A DNA stretch of 63,745 nt, counting the filler, from Olpidium bornovanus S191 (lineage: Eukaryota; Fungi; Olpidiomycota), in NCBI GenBank assembly GCA_017911155.1. It is 28 parts of 28 records of this genome, joined end to end, with 100 filler letters (N's around TTAATTAATTAA, not from the genome) between each part and the next. Parts side by side here need not be neighbours in the genome. Positions count along the whole stretch, not along the records: positions 60,439 to 62,221 come from JAEFCI010008607.1; positions 62,322 to 63,745 come from JAEFCI010011556.1; 26 more parts are not named here. One strand, 5' to 3'. Position numbers and translations under genes: made by a program. Below the pieces are notes generated by a model that saw only the letters and a program-made list of their open reading frames with translations, made no database searches and had not been told where the DNA came from. The first letter of the stretch is position 1. Every line of letters begins with the position of its first letter. Below are positions 61,218-63,745 of this stretch, piece after piece.

Positions 61218-62114
61218 ATGGCAGGGCGGCCGGGCGCGCAGCCGGTGGCCGCAGAGACCGAGGACAGCCGGCGGCGGCTCGTTGGTGCGGCCGCCGACAG
61301 CCCTTCCGCCGATCAGCTCGGCGGGGCCGCCAAACCCGCTTCGCCGGACACGGCGGCGGCGGGCCGCGTCTCGCAAATGCCGACGCCGTTCCGGCGACTG
61401 CACTCGCGGCTGGCCTTCGGCCCGTTGCAGGGAGAGGAACAGGGTGAAACGGAGGAGAGACATGAGGCCGCCGACGACGTGTACTTCAGTCCCCTGGACA
61501 GCTTTGACAGGAACCCGGTCGCCCTGCGGCTGCTGCGGTCGGAGCCGTCCACCCCGGCGAGCCGGCAGCTCCTAAACCCGGAAGACTACGACGACGACGA
61601 CGACGAGCCGGACACGCCGCCGAACGGCTCCGCGGCGTACGCTTTTGGCGAAGTTCCGTGGGCGAAGTCAAGCTCGTTTGCGTCCGTCGGCTTGTCGGCC
61701 AGCATAACCACGGCGGACGGACGGGCGGCGGGCGTTGCCCTCTTGCCCAACTCCCCTCCGACAACGCCGTCCATGAACAGGTTCCCCGGCCCAATCTTGG
61801 CCTCTACGGCCTCTTGTCCGGAACTACTGTCGCTGTTCGATAACCAGGCTTCGAGCACGCGGTTTTCCTCGCCGTTACGTGAATTGACGTCGATGTCGGA
61901 CTCTCCTCTTCCTCCTCCAGCCGAACAGGCGACCAAGCAGCGTTCTGCGGCCCAAGTTTACAACGGCGCTCCCCTAAAGCCCGCACCGCGAGTTGTCCAC
62001 TCGCTGTGGGACTATCTGAAAGAGGAGATCACGACATCAGACGTGGACGACATCAGCGACGTCAAGGGCGAAAGAGTGAAAAATTTCCTCAACGTTCCCC
62101 GGGATTTCGAAAAG
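61218..62114 (+). CDS. TAPT1/Emp65 (DUF747) ER membrane protein, first exon
   Basis: A long disordered N-terminus is followed by SLWDYLKEEITTSD..KGERVKNFLNVPRDFEK| and a GT donor at 62115. Confidence 0.8.
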
Positions 62115-62478
62115 GTGCGCACTGTCGCCGCGCTGTGCGCAGTTGATGAGCGTCGCCTGTAACGGGGGGGGGGGGGGGGGGGGGGGGGCCCAAAAAGGGG
62201 GGGGGGGGGGGGGTTGAGCGGNNNNNNNNNNNNNNNNNNNNNNNNNNNNNNNNNNNNNNNNNNNNTTAATTAATTAANNNNNNNNNNNNNNNNNNNNNNN
62301 NNNNNNNNNNNNNNNNNNNNNATTTAAATCTTCCGAGCAAACCAGGGGTCCCTGCGCGTTGCGGAGAGACAGCGAGGTTTCGAGGGAAAAATCAAAAAAA
62401 AAGACCGGGACCGGTTAGCCGGGGGATAAAACAAATCGGACGCCTTTTCGTTTTCCTCAGCAAGCCCTTCAAACGTAC

Positions 62479-62902
62479 CGCAAGCCCGTTCCGCACTGTC
62501 GTAAGAGTCAAAGCGAACAATACCAGAGCCTTTAGGCCGCCCGTTGGGCAACTCCAACGCTTCAGCGTAAACGATGTTCCCTGCGCGGCGTTTAAGGAGT
62601 AACCACGTGAACCGCCCCGTCAGGAGCGGAATCTAACCAGACACGCGCGCGGCGGCCGCATGTAGCGCTGGATGCTCACCGCAACTTCTGAACAGATCCT
62701 TCAGATCCTGATTGGTGGTGGTATAAGGTAGCTTTGCGGCGAAACGAACGAGGGCGTAATGTCAGCAAAATCAGCGAAAAGAAACGTGGCCTGCAAGGCG
62801 TCGGCGGGGAGGGCCGTCCCCCCCTGACGAAAATTCTCCGCGACTCACGTTTCCGACGAAAATTTGTAGCCCGGCAAGGTCCGACCCGCCGCGGTGGCCG
62901 TA

Positions 62903-62934
<32 letters not shown>

Positions 62935-63745
62935 AGTATCCCCCGTACCCGCCACCGTAGCCATCGAAGTAGGGTTCAGCGTACCCGTAACCGCCATGAT
63001 AGCCGCCGCCGCCGCAGCCTCCGCCGCCGCCACCGTAGTAACCACCGTAGCCGTAACCGCCTCCGCCGTAGCGGCCAGGGCGCCCGTAGTACGGCGGCGG
63101 AGGGGGAGGGCGTATCATGTGTCGCGGCGGGGGCCGCAACGGCATCTCAGGGTATCTGTCCTGTGGGACACGCAGACGTCGCGCAGAGTAGAGGAGAGAA
63201 GTGAGTATTAAAATTTCGCAACTCGGATGGAGGAGGAGGAGGGAGACAGAGTGGTGGGAGCTGCTGCAGGACAGGTAGGCTCCGTTGGTGCGCCGCCGAC
63301 GCTGCAGCCGGACTCCGACCACTCCTATTCCGCGCGTCCGCCTCAAACACCGACCCACACCCCCGCGCTCCAACTCCCAACAACGCCCTTCCCATCATCA
63401 TGTCCACACCTCTCGAACTTCGATCTTCCGTTCCATCCACTCGTATCCATCAAACTTGGCTGCGTTTGTCGTCAATTTCCCAGCGGCAGGGTGATAAGTG
63501 ACAGACGGCAGGGTCGCTTCAGGATCTTTCGCCTCCCGGCCAACCAAGACGTTCCCTGACCGCTCAGCTTGCTCCCGTCGCCGTCGAACCCACCGTAGCA
63601 GACGCGAGCAAAAGACAAAAAAACCGCAAGAAAGCGAACAAGCGAAAGAAAAAAAAAACTCGAACCTATTGCTTTCTTAGCGTCCGCCGGCGTTTCAAAC
63701 AGAACAGTGCCGTTTCCTTTTGGCCGGCCGTTAGGAAGCATCATG
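62479..63745 (-). CDS. Gbp2/Hrb1 (hnRNP M-like) multi-RRM RNA-binding protein, partial at both ends
   Basis: RNP1-type PNGRPKGNGTVLF and PNGRPKGSGIVRF, FDGYEWMERKIEVRE|DR, a Gly/Tyr-rich linker, QIFVGN|LPYTTTNQDLKDLFR. Confidence 0.85.

Overview
This window is not one locus. It is 28 short contigs (about 1-4 kb each) joined by 27 identical 100-bp artificial linkers (44 N + TTAATTAATTAA + 44 N), so gene order across linkers carries no meaning. The DNA is GC-rich, intron-dense and eukaryotic. A flagellar gene (CFAP91) occurs together with fungal-type genes (PMT4, DGK1, PPG1, sensor histidine kinase), which points to a zoosporic early-diverging fungus (chytrid/Olpidium-like; inference). Mostly partial genes recognised by manual splicing: CFAP91, GST-like protein, histidine acid phosphatase, RPL34, DGK1, SIKE/Far3-like, PAS histidine kinase, CHD1 fragment, PMT4, NOL11/Utp8-like, symplekin/Pta1, MSP1-like AAA ATPase, PPG1, SEC11, SmD1, CLF1, TAPT1/Emp65 and a Gbp2-like RRM protein. 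Mobile or relic DNA: a pogo-like transposon end, two inverted-repeat (MITE-like) elements, a copia RT relic and a decayed multi-Myb ORF. Best leads: a degenerate bacterial-type Rpn/PD-(D/E)XK nuclease gene that may contain a spliceosomal intron; a GC-rich cox3 C-terminus behind an apparent splice acceptor; a possible CHASE-type kinase; and a bacterial-like GST with a membrane tail. Many contig ends and two internal junctions fall exactly on CATG, suggesting restriction-ligation artefacts that temper several leads. All homology calls are from recalled motifs; no database search was run.
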